Positions 52,011-64,000 of a stretch of DNA of 64,000 nucleotides are shown here, piece after piece; within the stretch, counting starts at the first letter, position 1; the number at the start of each line of letters is the position of its first letter. The notes beneath the pieces are model-generated. The model did no database searches and had not been told where the DNA came from. It worked only from the letters and a program-made list of their open reading frames with translations. The stretch is from assembly GCF_004010195.1 (NCBI RefSeq), contig NC_057718.1, forward strand, positions 42,090,296 through 42,154,295, in the 5' to 3' direction. The translations under genes were made by a program, and so were the position numbers. This DNA comes from Chiloscyllium plagiosum (taxonomy: Eukaryota).

Positions 52011-53830
52011 GGGCAGAGTGATATGCGCTATTTGAGGCAGAATCAGATGAGAAGTCTAGCAAAACCTCTGTCAATGTCAGGAACATCTCACGTAACTTTC
52101 ATGCTTTTGCTGAGTGGGTAAGGAGAGTTCCTCTCTGGGCAGCAGTGAATAATCAATTAAAGGGGGTCATAGTTCATTAAACACCATAATACAATAGCAA
52201 CTTGCCTCATTAACATTCTGCTTCTAATCTTAACAAACCCACCAAATAAGATAGACGTTAGGAATTCTTGTCATGGAACTCACAGCCACTGGCTGCAAAC
52301 AGCTTCTATATTGCTCAGCACAAAACATTCCGGACATGATCCATGGTTTCCTGTTGCATGGCTTCCTCATCCATGGATTCTGATGTCCAACATTCACCAA
52401 CCCCTCACAACCATCATGGCGCCTCTCAGGTCCAGTTGCAAGCTGTTTAGGAAGCACAGATTTGCAGTGCAGTGCACACGAGCAAACAGTACTGAGAAGA
52501 TGCAGCAAGTACTGTTGGATACATGGACAGGCATCCAGCTCACAGATTGGACCAAGCTACACCTTGCTTGCTCGCTTGCTCTCTTTGCACTTGTTCACTT
52601 AGCATCTACTTGCATGTTGGGGTCATCCATGCCTATCGGCACAACCAGGCAGCTTACCTTTCTCCTTGGCAGTCCTCAGTCAAGGGATACAAAATTGTGC
52701 TACATCAATTTCACACCTCCACCATGTGCCAGCATTTTGTGCAGTAACCAAACTGCATGTGCAATAAGCAGCAACTATGTCTCAGTTTCTTAGCAGAGTA
52801 ATCCTCAGTGAAGCCCATGGAAGCATCCATCAAACAGGGGGTTTTGAGACAGTAAGTCAGTGGCAACCTTCAATGCCAGTCCAAGGGATTGGCTGCAATC
52901 AGGTATCCAGTCAGTATAACCTCTGTTGGGGATTCCTGTGCTTCTGTAATTCCGGGAGTGGGTCACAGTCTGTCCTGTGACTCCCATACTAGACAGTCCA
53001 GGAGATGGGCTGACATGGTCAGAGGGATATACAGGTATAGGTCAGGTGTCTGGAGACTTCTTGTACATGGTTGTCCCATTAACTTACTTAAGACAGTGAG
53101 GCATGGTCAGTCTGTTGGGTTTGTCCACAGAATCTACGGGAAGTAGAGGATGGGGTAGGGGAGGACAAGGGTGGCTACTGCTCCAGGAAGGAGAGTCTGG
53201 AACCTATCCTTTAGCTTTGGGCACTGCAGTTGTAGGGAAGGTGACAAGTATGCAGAGTTGGGGGGAAGGGGAGGATCCTGTGTGGGGGGAGCTGTATGTG
53301 TAAGGGGTAAAGCATAGATGGGAATATGGTTATGTGGGAGGGGGTTCATCCATGGTCAGAAGTACCTTGGCTTCAAGGAGGGGACAGTGTATGACTGCAC
53401 CTGGCATGCTCATCTTATATGTCAGCACTGGGGAGAGGGACGATAAAAGGTGAAGACTCATGTAGACCAGTTGGGTGGGGACTTGCAGAGGTGTGATGCT
53501 TATAAGAAAATCAATCAGGAAGGGGATCAGGATGTTTGGGCCTCATCGATAATGAAGAAGAGGTGAGACCGAGTGAGGGAAGATGTTGCATGCAATAGTG
53601 ACTGTAGCAGAGTACGGGCCTCTGTGGAAGGTGGGTGCAATAGCAGGGATAGAATAAGTGTGAGGTGGTTGAGAGAAGAGTGGTGGCATTTACCCTGGTG
53701 GAGTGATGAAAGCAGCTGACCTTCTTGTGTTCCTACTGGTCGTTCCTCCACTTACTGACCCAGAAGGTATTCTCGGACTGGGTTTGAGAGCAACTTGTTA
53801 ATTGGCTAGGAGTCAGTTTGGGAAGCCATT
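52011..53830 (-). mobile_element. Decayed Harbinger-family element, reverse orientation
   Basis: TIR-like GGGCAGAGT at 52011; minus-strand HKKVSCFHHSTRV matches the Myb helix-3 end of the other copies; 52870-52985 is an inverted homolog of about 47205-47315. Confidence 0.6.
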
Positions 53831-53922
53831 TAGTGACCATTAAGGTTGGGAATGGAGCCACCCAAAGTACGGGCCTGATTTAAGTGGTTGCTGTTTAACT
53901 TCGAGGACTTAAAACAAAGACA

Positions 53923-54156
53923 GATGGCTAACACATGGGCAGGGCTACTGCATATTTCACAGATGTTGATCTGCAGGTCTTCCTTGAGACAGTGAGGGAG
54001 GCTCTGTTTTTCCACAGAGTGGAAGGAGAAGATTTCACAGCCGAACAGAATACACGGATGGAGGTGGTTGAGAATGTGAGTACTCAAAATATGCTCAAAA
54101 GGAACTGGATGAGTGCCACAAAAGAGTTATTGACTTCCTTCACTCAGGCAAGGTGA
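53923..54156 (+). pseudogene. Harbinger Myb/SANT-like domain remnant
   Basis: ATAYFTDVDLQVFLETVREALF...MEVVENVSTQNMLKRNWM / CHKRVIDFLHS. Confidence 0.7.
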
Positions 54157-54349
54157 CTGTGATTTGGGATATGGCCTCCACTGCCTTCCTACCTCTCATC
54201 CCACTATACTGTTCTCCTTGTGCTCAGGGCTCTACCTTCCTGTGTTGTTTTGTATCACCACTGGATCCAAATCTAAGAAGTGGTAGTCCCAATGCCAATT
54301 GCTGTCTTCCATGCACTCCAAAGGACTTTCAATTTTCAGAAACTTGCTA

Positions 54350-54720
54350 TTCCTCTTATGAGCCCACATTTTTCAAACAATTTTACATCTCGCAGTTCAG
54401 AGATGCCCTCTTTGCCAGCTCTAGCAGTGGGTGTTGCCACCATTTCTGAATTCACTGAGTTGCAGAGGATCATCAATAACATTTTTCTGGTCATAAGGGC
54501 ACCCAGTTACCGCTCAGTCAGATTTATCAAGAGGATGGGCTTCTACTCTTTCAACATTCAATTGGTCCACAACTACAATAAGAACTCCCTCTGTACATGC
54601 AGCTGCCATGATTCTGTAACTTTCTGCCCAACCAAGTTACTTCAGATCTTCACTTCACCCTCCAAAAGTATGTAGATGAATCTGAGGAGACAAAGAATAT
54701 CCTTCATTGTGGAGGTTTTC
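54350..54720 (+). pseudogene. HARBI1-like DDE transposase remnant
   Basis: VATISEFTELQRIINNIFLVIRAP..SVRFIKRMGFYSFNIQLV...SCHDS...GDKEYP, matching the Harbinger IDCTH, NRKGFHS, GSCHD and GDKGYP motifs. Confidence 0.8.
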
Positions 54721-54929
54721 TGCTCTCTCCAAAACAAAATGACTCTGTGGTGTGTTGATAATGTAAGGCTTTTCTATTTCTATTTCTTCTATAACATGTT
54801 AAAAATATTAAAAATTTACTTTCTTTTTTATTTATCTATTAATTGTGTTTTTTTTAAAAGACCATAGCAGAGAAGTAATAGAAATGATTTAACTCATAAA
54901 TTTATATAAAGTAATACAGTAAATGAACT

Positions 54930-57900
54930 AAGTAGAGATGGCTGGTTGGTGATGTGCTGTAGCTGTATGATGTGGGAGCTGGTTGATCCCATTGTGTATG
55001 TCAGTGACCACATCTGCAGCAAGTGTTGATTGCTGGAAGAACTCCGGCTCAGAGTTGATGATCTGGAATCTGAGCCTCAAATGCTGTGGCACATCCGGAA
55101 GGGGGAGAGTTACCTGGATGCTTTGTTTCAGGAGGGAGTCACACCCAGTAGATTAAGTACTTCAAATTCAGTTAGTAATCAGGGACAACAGAGTGTGACT
55201 GCAAGTGAGGTAGGTATGGGGATTCTAAGTTCAGGAGTGGAGGAGCCTCACTTTTGACATTATCCAACAGGTACGAGATACTTGCTCCTTGTGTGGATGA
55301 GGAAGAGGACTGTGGGGAGGATGAGCCAGTTGACTACAGCACCATGGTGCAGAAGGCCATTCAAGAGGGGGGAGTTATAGGGGATTCTATAATTAGGGGG
55401 ATAGATCGTATCCTTTGCAAGCCAGATTGGGAGTCCCACATGGTTTGTTGCCTGCCCGGTCCCAGGACATCTCTGACCGACTTGAAAGGATATTGGAGAG
55501 GGAGTGGGAGGATCCAGTTCTTTTGGTCCATGTTGGGACTAACAACATAGGAAAGGCTAGGATGGAGGACCTGTTTGGAGATTATCAAGCACTAGGAACG
55601 AAATTAAGGAGCAGGTCCTCGAGAGTCATAGTCTCCGGATTACCGCCTGAGACACATGCAAATTGGTTTAGGGACAAGAAAATTAGGGAAGCAAGACATG
55701 GCTAAGAGAGTGGTGTGGGAAAGAGGGGTTCCATTTCATGGGGCATTGGCATCAGTTTTGGAACTGGGGGGACCTGTACCAATGGGACAGTCTCCACTTG
55801 AACTGATCTGGAACCAGTGTTCTATCGAAAAGGATAAATAGGATTGTCACTAGGACTTTAAAATAGTGAGATGGGGGGAAGGGAAAGGAAAAATGACAGG
55901 AAGTATGATGATAAATAAAAAGGTAAGTAGCATGTTAGCATGTGTGCACGAGGGTTTAAGTTCAAGGCAGACTATGGAAGAAGTAAAAAGGAAGGATTAC
56001 TCAAGAGATATTAGAGATGTTGGAAATCATGAGAGTATGAAAGCTAGCATAAAGTCACTTTACCTGAATGCTCATAACAAGGTTCATGAGTTAACGGCAC
56101 AAATTATCGCGAATGAATATGATTTGGTAGCCATTATGGAGATATGGTTATCGGATGGTCATGATTGGGAGTTAAATATCCAGGGGTACCAGACTATACG
56201 AAAGAACTGACAGGAAAATAAGGGAGGTGGTGTAGTTCTGATATTCAAGGAGGACATCAGGGTAGTGCTGAGAGATGATATAGGTTCTAAGGAGAATGAG
56301 TTGAATCCATTTGGGTGGAAACTAGAAATTCTAAGAAGAAAAAGTTACTGATTGGTATAGTCTATAGGCCACCAAATGATAATATCATATTGGGGCGGGC
56401 ATTAAACAAAGAAATAAGTAATGCCTGTAAAAATGGAATGGCTATTATCATGGGGAATTTTAATCTAACATGTGGATTGGTTTAACCAGCTTGGTCAGGG
56501 TAGCCTGGAGGAGGAGTTTGTTGAGGGTATCCGTGATAGTTTTCTTGAACAGTATGTAATGGAACAGTTGAGGGAGCAAGCTATCCTAGATCTGGTCCTG
56601 TGTAATGAGACAGGAATAATTAATGACCTCATAGTTAGCAATCCTCTTGGAAGGAGTGATCACAGTATGTTTGATTTTAGAATACAGATGAAGAGTGTGA
56701 AGATAAAATCTAATACCAGAGCCTTGTGCTTGAACAAAGGGGACTACAACAGAATGAGGGAGGACCTGGCTAAAGTAGTCTGGAAACAAAGGTTTTATGG
56801 TGGTACAGTTGATGAACAGTGGAGGACTTTCAACGTAATTTTTCAAAGTGCTCAGCAAAAGTATATTCCAGTGAAAAGGAAGCACTGTAAGAAAAGAGGT
56901 AATCTGCCATGGATGTCTAAGGCGATCAAATTGAAAGAGAGAGTATACAAATTTACCAAAAACAGAATGAATCTAGAAGATTGGGAAAACTTTAAAGGCC
57001 AACAGAAAGCCACAATAAGAGCCACAAGACAGAACATAAAAAAAAAACTAGCACAGAATATAAAGACATATAGCAAATGAGAAAGACTGACCAAAGTAAG
57101 CGTTGGTCCTTTAAAGGATGAGAAGTTGCATTTAGTTATGGTATATGATGAAGTGGCTGAGGCATTGAACAGGTATTTTGCATCTGCCTTCACAGTGGAG
57201 GACACTAATAACATGCCAGTAATTGACAAAGAAACAAAGGTGGGTGAGGACCTGGAAACCATCATTATGGAAGAGCTAGTGTTTGGCAAGCTAATGGAGC
57301 TAAGGATAGCTAAGTCTCCTGGTCCTGATGGAATGCATCCCAGGGTATTAAAAGAGATGGTGGGAGAAATAGCAGGTGCACTGTCGATAATTTTCCAAAA
57401 TTTGCTGGACTCTGGGGCAGTCCCAGCAGATTGGAAAACAGCAAATGTGACACCACTGTTTAAAAAGTGAGAGAGACAAAAGATGGGAATTATGGACCAG
57501 TTAACTTAACATCTGTAGTGGGGAAGATGCTTGAAACTATTATCAAGGAAGAAATAGCAGGGCATCTTGTTAGAAATTGTTTCATTGGACAGATGCAGCA
57601 GGGGTTCATGAAGGGCAAGTCATGCTTGACAACCCTTGTGAAAACACTTCGAGCAAGGCGGACAACAGGGACTTAATGAATGTGGTGCAACTTGATTTCC
57701 AAAAGGACTTCAACAAGGTGTCACACAAGAGGGTAAAGTATTAGTATGGATAGAGGTTTGGTTGGCTAACAGGAAGCAAAGAGTGGGGATAAATGGGTGC
57801 TATTCTGGTTGGCATTAAGTAACTAGTGGTGTGCCTCAGGGACCGGTGTTGGGACCGCAATTAATTACAATTTACATTGATGATTTGGAGTTGGGGATCA

Positions 57901-58792
57901 CAGTAAGGTATCAAAGTTTGCAGATGACACAAAGATGAGTAGCAGAGCAAAGTGTGCAGAGGACTGTGAAACTTTGCAGAGGAATATAGATTCATTGAAT
58001 GAGTGGGTAAAGATCTGGCAGATGGAATACAATTTTAATAAATGTGAAGTCATACATTTTGGTAAAAGTAACAGTAAAAAAAATTACACTTGAATAGTAA
58101 AAGGTTGCAGCATGCTGTTATGCAGAGCGACCTGGGTGTCCTTGTACATGAATCACAGAAAGTTGATCTGCAGGTACAACAACTGATTAGGAAAGCAAAT
58201 GGAATTTTGTCCTTCGTTGCTAAAGCGATTGAGTTTAAAAGCAGAGAGGTAATGTTGCAGCTGTACAAAGTGCTAGTGAGGCCACACCTGGAGTACTGTG
58301 TATAGTTTTGGTCTCCTTACTTGAGAAAGGATGTACTGGTATGAGAGGGGGTACAGAGGAGGTTCACTAGGTTGATTCTGGAGTTGAGGGGGCTGGTTTA
58401 TGAGGAGAGGCTGCGTAGACTGGGATTACATTTATTGGAATTCAGAACAATGAGGTGGGGATATTATCGAGACATATAAAAGTATGAAGGGAATGGATAA
58501 GATAGAAGTAGAGAGGATGTTTCCACTTGCAGATGAAGCTAGGACAAGAGGGCATAGCCTCAAGATTAGACGGAGCAGATTTAGGACTGAGTTCAGAAGG
58601 AACTTCTTCACTCAGAAGGTTGTTATTCTATGGAATTCCTTGCCCAGGGATTTTTAAAGGAAAGGTAGACTTTTTTAAAAAAAAGGAATTAAGGGATATG
58701 GTGAGAGCACTGAGTACATAAAAAGGTCAGCCATGATCTTCTTGAATGACAGAGCAGGTTCAGATGGCCTACTCCTGCTCCTAGTTCTTATA
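54930..58792 (+). mobile_element. Near-full-length decayed CR1 LINE (ORF1 zinc finger/leucine zipper plus SGNH esterase; ORF2 APE plus RT)
   Basis: ORF1: CCSCMMWE...HICSKC*LLEELRLRV, LSNRY, IGDSIIRG, VHVGTNN; ORF2: LYLNA..NKVHEL, LDLVL, SDHS, KSPGPDGMHPRVLKE, KFADDTK, LVRPHLEYCV; 3' UTR; many frameshifts. Confidence 0.95.
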
Positions 58793-59232
58793 TGACTTGA
58801 CTAGAGATGTGTGATGAGATTGGTGAGGCCTTAGAATGACAACCCATCCAGGGTGGGGCAGGAGGTGAAAGAAAAGGAGGAACTGGAGGCAGAGGGAGAT
58901 GATGCCCAATGCTGGGTGAAGTGATCTTCTCCTGCTCCCCTCTGGGAAGAAGATATCTCCCAAAAGGGTCCAACATTGGATCCAGATTGGTATCAATAAC
59001 CTGGGGTGTACCCTCTCCCAGATGTTAGGGCTTCAGCTTTGCAGTGACATCTCAATTCCCTCTGTTGTGAAAAACCTTGCCACAATTGGCAGATCTGTCC
59101 CTTAGCAGGAGCCTCAGTGATGGCTGCCATGGAGTTATTTAAATGACACATTCAAGCGACCCACCTCTGTTTCAATCATTACTGGTTCTATGTGGACAGG
59201 AAACACATCCCCATAATAATTAAATCTCGCCC
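58793..59232 (+). mobile_element. Probable right part of the Harbinger element split by the CR1
   Basis: Acidic remnant KEELEAEGDDAQ; TIR-like AAATCTCGCCC ending at 59232. Confidence 0.45.
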
Positions 59233-59384
59233 ATGCAAAAATCAAATCATTAATTAATTGCACACTGAAGGCAAGACCCAAAATTAGACCTCCTGTTTCC
59301 TGTCTTTTTGCCAAAGATTCAGTCCATGGAGCCAAAATTTGAAAATAGTAACAAATTGAGGCTCATAGCTAATAATATAATTAT

Positions 59385-60220
59385 AATAAAATGACTGTAC
59401 AATATGTTAAGAGATGAACAATCTTGCAGAGCAGAAAGTACATGTGAAATAAAATTCAATATAACAAAGCGTTATATGATTCATTTTGGTAGGAAGAATA
59501 CAGGGATAATTTATTCAATGGTTAAAAAAAACTATATGGGATGGAGAAGCAAAGAGATCTTGGAATATAGATACATAAATTGCTAAAAGCAGAAATACAA
59601 ATTGATAACACCATAAAGGGTTCAAACAAAGTGCTGAGTTCAAACTAGGGGAATTGAATACAAAAGCAAGGAGGTAATGTAACACTTTTATGGAATCTTG
59701 ATTAGACTACTTGGGACTATTATGTGGAATTCTGGCTTTCATATTACAAAAATGTGCAGAAAAGATTTATGAGGATATTACCAGAACTGAGAAGAAGCAG
59801 CTACCAGAAAAGATTGAACAGGCTGGGATTCTTAGAAAAAGAGAAGGCTAAGAAGAGTTCAGTTAAGGTCTTTAGAATTACAAAGGAGTTCAACATTTGG
59901 AGAAATTATTTCTGCCTCTGGGTGATCAAATAAGAATGACATATCAACATATGATCGCCACTAAGAGACAAAAGAATGAATTTAGGAAAAAATTATTTGC
60001 ACACAATGGTGAGCATATGAAATTCTCTGCCATTCAGATTGTTAACACAGACTGTTTTAAGAGGAGGCTTTATGCATACAGGGAGGCAAATGAATAAAGA
60101 GATTTTGGTACAGAGTAAAAAGTAATTAGAAAGAGAGGACACAAGTGTAACTTTAAACACCAGCACACAGTTGTGACAAATGGACTTTTTGTGCTGTATA
60201 TTCTACATAATTCTATTTAA
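59385..60220 (+). mobile_element. Old CR1 3' portion
   Basis: IKFNITKRYMIHFGRKN; NVQKRFMRILPELR..YQKRLNRLG. Confidence 0.8.
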
Positions 60221-63200
60221 TTCAAGAGGGCAATGCTAGATTAATCATTCGATACATCAAAATCATTAACCCACTGGGTAATATCATGTCGACCAATCAA
60301 TCAATAAATCATTGCTTAAGATAGTACTGAGACTACAGAATGAATGCTGACATTGATTTTTTTTTAGAAACATGAAAAGGCCCTAGGCCAAACAAGCACT
60401 TCTTTTTTTCATAGATCATTGCCATCCATCCATTTTCTCACCACAGAGTAGATTGTAAGAATTAGTATTGAGTTGTAAAAGTTCAGATGACAGGACAGCA
60501 CATCAAAATTTTGGGTCAGAATATCCTACATGATTTTCTCCCCAGTAGAATTAATCAATGGCAAATTGTGTTAACCTGCTAACTATAGAGCCTCACTTCC
60601 ATCATGTACTGAGAGTTTTAATTCATGCAGTTTACCTTCAAAGTCCTTATAGCATTTATTTCAAATCTCAAGCACAAATAAATAACAAAAAGTACTCAAT
60701 AACATTTTGCAATGGCATGCTGGAGAGCCACTTTCACTGATGTGACATAAAACTCTTAAAAACATTTACATCCCTCTCCCATCTAAGATCCACCAGGCTC
60801 AAGTTTCAGGTACTGACAATGAAGCAGTATGTCCGAAAAAGCTGCCAGGTGTGATGAGGCAAGAGACGATCAGCCAATTGTTTTATGCTACTGAATACTT
60901 CTTCACTCACTATAACATTCTAAGGATCAATTTTGCAAGCATATTCACAGAAAGTTGGACTCCAGACTGCGGCTGCTATTTTATCTCTTCTGGGAGCAGT
61001 GAAACAGATGTCCTTATGCCAAGCCAAATTTGCAGTGCATTTTCCAATTCTCATGAAATATATTTCAGGTATTCAAAATGCTTATGACTATCAGCTTAAA
61101 AGCTGCTTCACTTCCTCAAAAATACTGCATTACTTTAATGAAATGCACAAGGTAAGAATTCTCTGTAGTTGCTTGATGCTTAAAAAATATTCAATAACAA
61201 GTTTTGATTATTAAAATTTGTGGATATGAAAACTCAACAATTTTCATAAACCAAAAATTCACTATTTTCCCTGTTGAATGCATAAATACATGGCTAGTGG
61301 GTTAGGCAACTAGCATTTGGACCAAATTGATGCTAACAGCAGATCCTCATTCTAGCCGAGGTGGAATCAGGACCTGCCTTACCATCTAACTCATAGCTAA
61401 AAAAAGAACATGGCACTTCACTGTGGTTAGGTGAATAATCAGCAAGGACCTGCCTTAAGGGAGAACACTTAAAAAGAAGACATGCAGAAATTGCAGCAAT
61501 GCAAATTCTCAAGAACTCAGAACAAAAGCATTAGAAGAGAAGTCTTGGTCTTCCAACACTTTGAATGCGACTAAAATTAATGATAGACCATTTCCCATTG
61601 GTTGAAGTGATTCTACTACCAGTAACATTTGGTATTGTTAACACCAGAAAATGTAGGATTTCTGTATATTTAAACAAATTAGACCCTGTTACCAGAACCT
61701 TTTTCATTCAGTATAGCCCACTTGTTACAAGTTTACTATCACGCCTTAGACATTCTCATAGGTGCGTAGATGCTACACACTCCCAGTGGTCCATTGGGGT
61801 GTGTGCCCATACTGTGTAATATCTGACAATGCTATTACATATCCCAGGGGTGTACAGCAGTATACCCAGGTGCTGCTTCAATCTCTCTGACAGTGGACTG
61901 AACATTTGGTAAGATGAGGCTAGATATGAGTCATTAAACTATGTTATTTCACAGCAAATGAACATAGAGATTCATTTAGTTCAATCAGTACAACTCGCTT
62001 GGTATAATGACACCAAGTAATGAACGCAATACGTTTCTCCACATCAGTAGTTTGCCTTGCTTGATTTAAACAAAATAACTTGAAATGATTACCCTGTATT
62101 CTAACCTTATCATAGCCCGTGCTGGGCCTGGTTGCCCTTGTAACTTCTGTTAACAAACCTGACTGACATTGAAGTGTTTGCTGGACCTGACTGGTTTTCC
62201 ATATCTGCCTCACCAATTTTTAACCTCTTTTCACATACTGTTGAAGAGACAAATTTGTCGGTCTCATTGGATCATTTGTGACTGAAGTTGTGGCTACCGG
62301 CAGGGGTAAAAGCAACATAGATAGGAGTATATTCAAACCTCTTTCAGATATACAAGAATTGCCATGTGGCTAGACAAGTGGTAGAAGAGAAAGAGTCACA
62401 ATAGTATGAAAGCAGTGATGAAAATGAAACACAAACACTTGATCTCACACTTGCAGCCACTGACTTGGATACTATTCCTGCAAATAATTTAGTAGGTAGG
62501 ATCTGCACGTGGGTGCGTGGTCAAAACGTCAGCTTAAAAAGTGTGATCTAAAAGTCAGCAACTTGGCTGACCCCTAATTTACACAGCAGGACCTACCAAA
62601 AGGGGGCAACTCTGATGCTTCCCACTTTCTACCCAACAGCTAGCAATGCAGTCAAAGCTGCTGGACTGTTCATCTTACTCCCATTTTCCCCTGCAGACTG
62701 AAACATTGCAGTGGAGGCAAATTGAAATTTAGCTCACAAGACAGAATAATACAAGAACACAATGCTCCAATCATCAAGTAATTTCTTTCCAGAGACCATG
62801 CAGAACCCATTCTCTAACGTACTCTATCCAGTAATTTTAGAGGAAGCATTTCAAGTCATTATACAGAAGTATTAGAACACATTAATCATTACCATTTTTT
62901 TCTCATTGTTTGACCGAAGTAGAAAATTATAGATCAAAAACTCTTATCTTTAAACAATGGATTTAATTTAACTAATTTAACTAAAGGCATAAACACTGAT
63001 AATTTTTAACTACTGATTTGGGTAACTGCTACCATTTCTATAGCATTGCCATGGGAACATTAGCTTATGCTCCAATTTTACTGTCAGTTGGGATGTAGTC
63101 ACCAAATTCTTATACTGAACTGTGATTTTGATTTGACTGGCAAAAGTGGAGTGAAAGCAACATTCCATGAATGCATACTTCTGCTGTACTTTAGGGAACT

Positions 63201-63339
63201 TTATTCTTTCTAATATTAGAAGAAATCATTGGAGTACCCACTTAAGCCTAATTAAAACAATGCAATAATAAGTTAAGAATCTAGAGAGATGTCCAAAATG
63301 CTGACACAGGTACAAAGACTCAAAAGACCTTTCTCCGTA

Positions 63340-64000
63340 CTGTCTCATTCTAATAAGTTGTTTGGCATAAAGCCAGTGGTGAGGGCTGTGTCATCACGAT
63401 ACAGCAGACCATGAGGAATTTTGAGGTGGAGAATTCTGGAGGCCTCTTCCAGAGCAATCCAAGCATTAGAAGTATTACTTAAGCAGCAAAGTGGTCGATT
63501 TGATAGCATTTCATGTAGCAGCATTGTTGGATGTTTCCTTTTCATGTGTGTGTATGGGTCGCATGCTTAATTCATAAGCCAGGATTGCCCATGTTACCCA
63601 ATAGTCAGCCTCTTGGTTCACCTGGTGGTTCAAATGTTGATGGTATCAAATATTGCTGAAGTAAAGTAAAGGAATCGGTATTTGCTACCAGGATATTGGA
63701 CACTGACCTGCATGATTCTCTTGAGTATGCACACACATAAGATTGGTATTGCGGGAATGTAATCTTTTGCATCGCAGCACATCTTAGAATTTACATGCAA
63801 AGAAGACAAAGTAACATGTGCGTAGTCAATGGCACCCTACACCACAGAACAGCTGCTGTCCTGGCAAAGCTGAATGCTCATTTTGTCTGCTTCTCCTTGG
63901 AAAAATTCAATGCAACGTACTTCTCTTTCTTTGTACAGAGACCATCAATCACTGCCTCTATGCTTCATTGGACTGCAAATTGCAAGATGTTGGAGATGTC
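63340..64000 (-). mobile_element. Highly decayed LINE RT fragment, clade uncertain
   Basis: GLLYRDDTALT resembles the YADD motif. Confidence 0.35.

Noticed and set aside
60800..61151. Plus-strand open frames ending at an AAG|gtaaga donor
   Set aside because: Acceptor and frame are ambiguous and no homology is recognised; insufficient support.
61800..62300. Minus-strand ORF remnants suggestive of a hAT N-terminus or an exon
   Set aside because: Similarity is too weak and there are multiple stops.
1..64000. CRISPR arrays, operons or prokaryotic defence systems
   Set aside because: The sequence is vertebrate repeat-rich DNA; no regularly spaced repeat-spacer structure was seen.

Overview
Eukaryotic, repeat-dominated non-coding DNA from a cartilaginous fish. 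HE1-type V-SINEs, Deu-domain SINEs and dense CR1 LINEs point to a shark, probably a bamboo/carpet shark (inference from repeat content). No intact protein-coding gene is recognisable. Most ORF-track entries are fragments of decayed transposons or random short ORFs. Recognisable content: many CR1 fragments plus one near-full-length decayed CR1 (ORF1 zinc finger/esterase and ORF2 APE-RT, about 54.9-58.8 kb), a Rex1/Babar LINE, an L2 fragment, Penelope-like (PLE) RT and GIY-YIG remnants, Tc1/Tigger-type MITEs, several decayed PIF/Harbinger elements (Myb/SANT and HARBI1-like remnants) and a 500-N scaffold gap. The most notable signal is a family of at least seven PLE terminal-repeat insertions carrying all or part of a minimal hammerhead-ribozyme core (CUGANGA-stem II-GAAACGUC). 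Most have 11-16 bp target-site duplications, and their ends or inversion points cluster at the ribozyme. Three small minus-strand exon candidates suggest the window may lie inside a large-intron gene that I cannot identify. All calls were made by eye; boundaries of decayed repeats are approximate.
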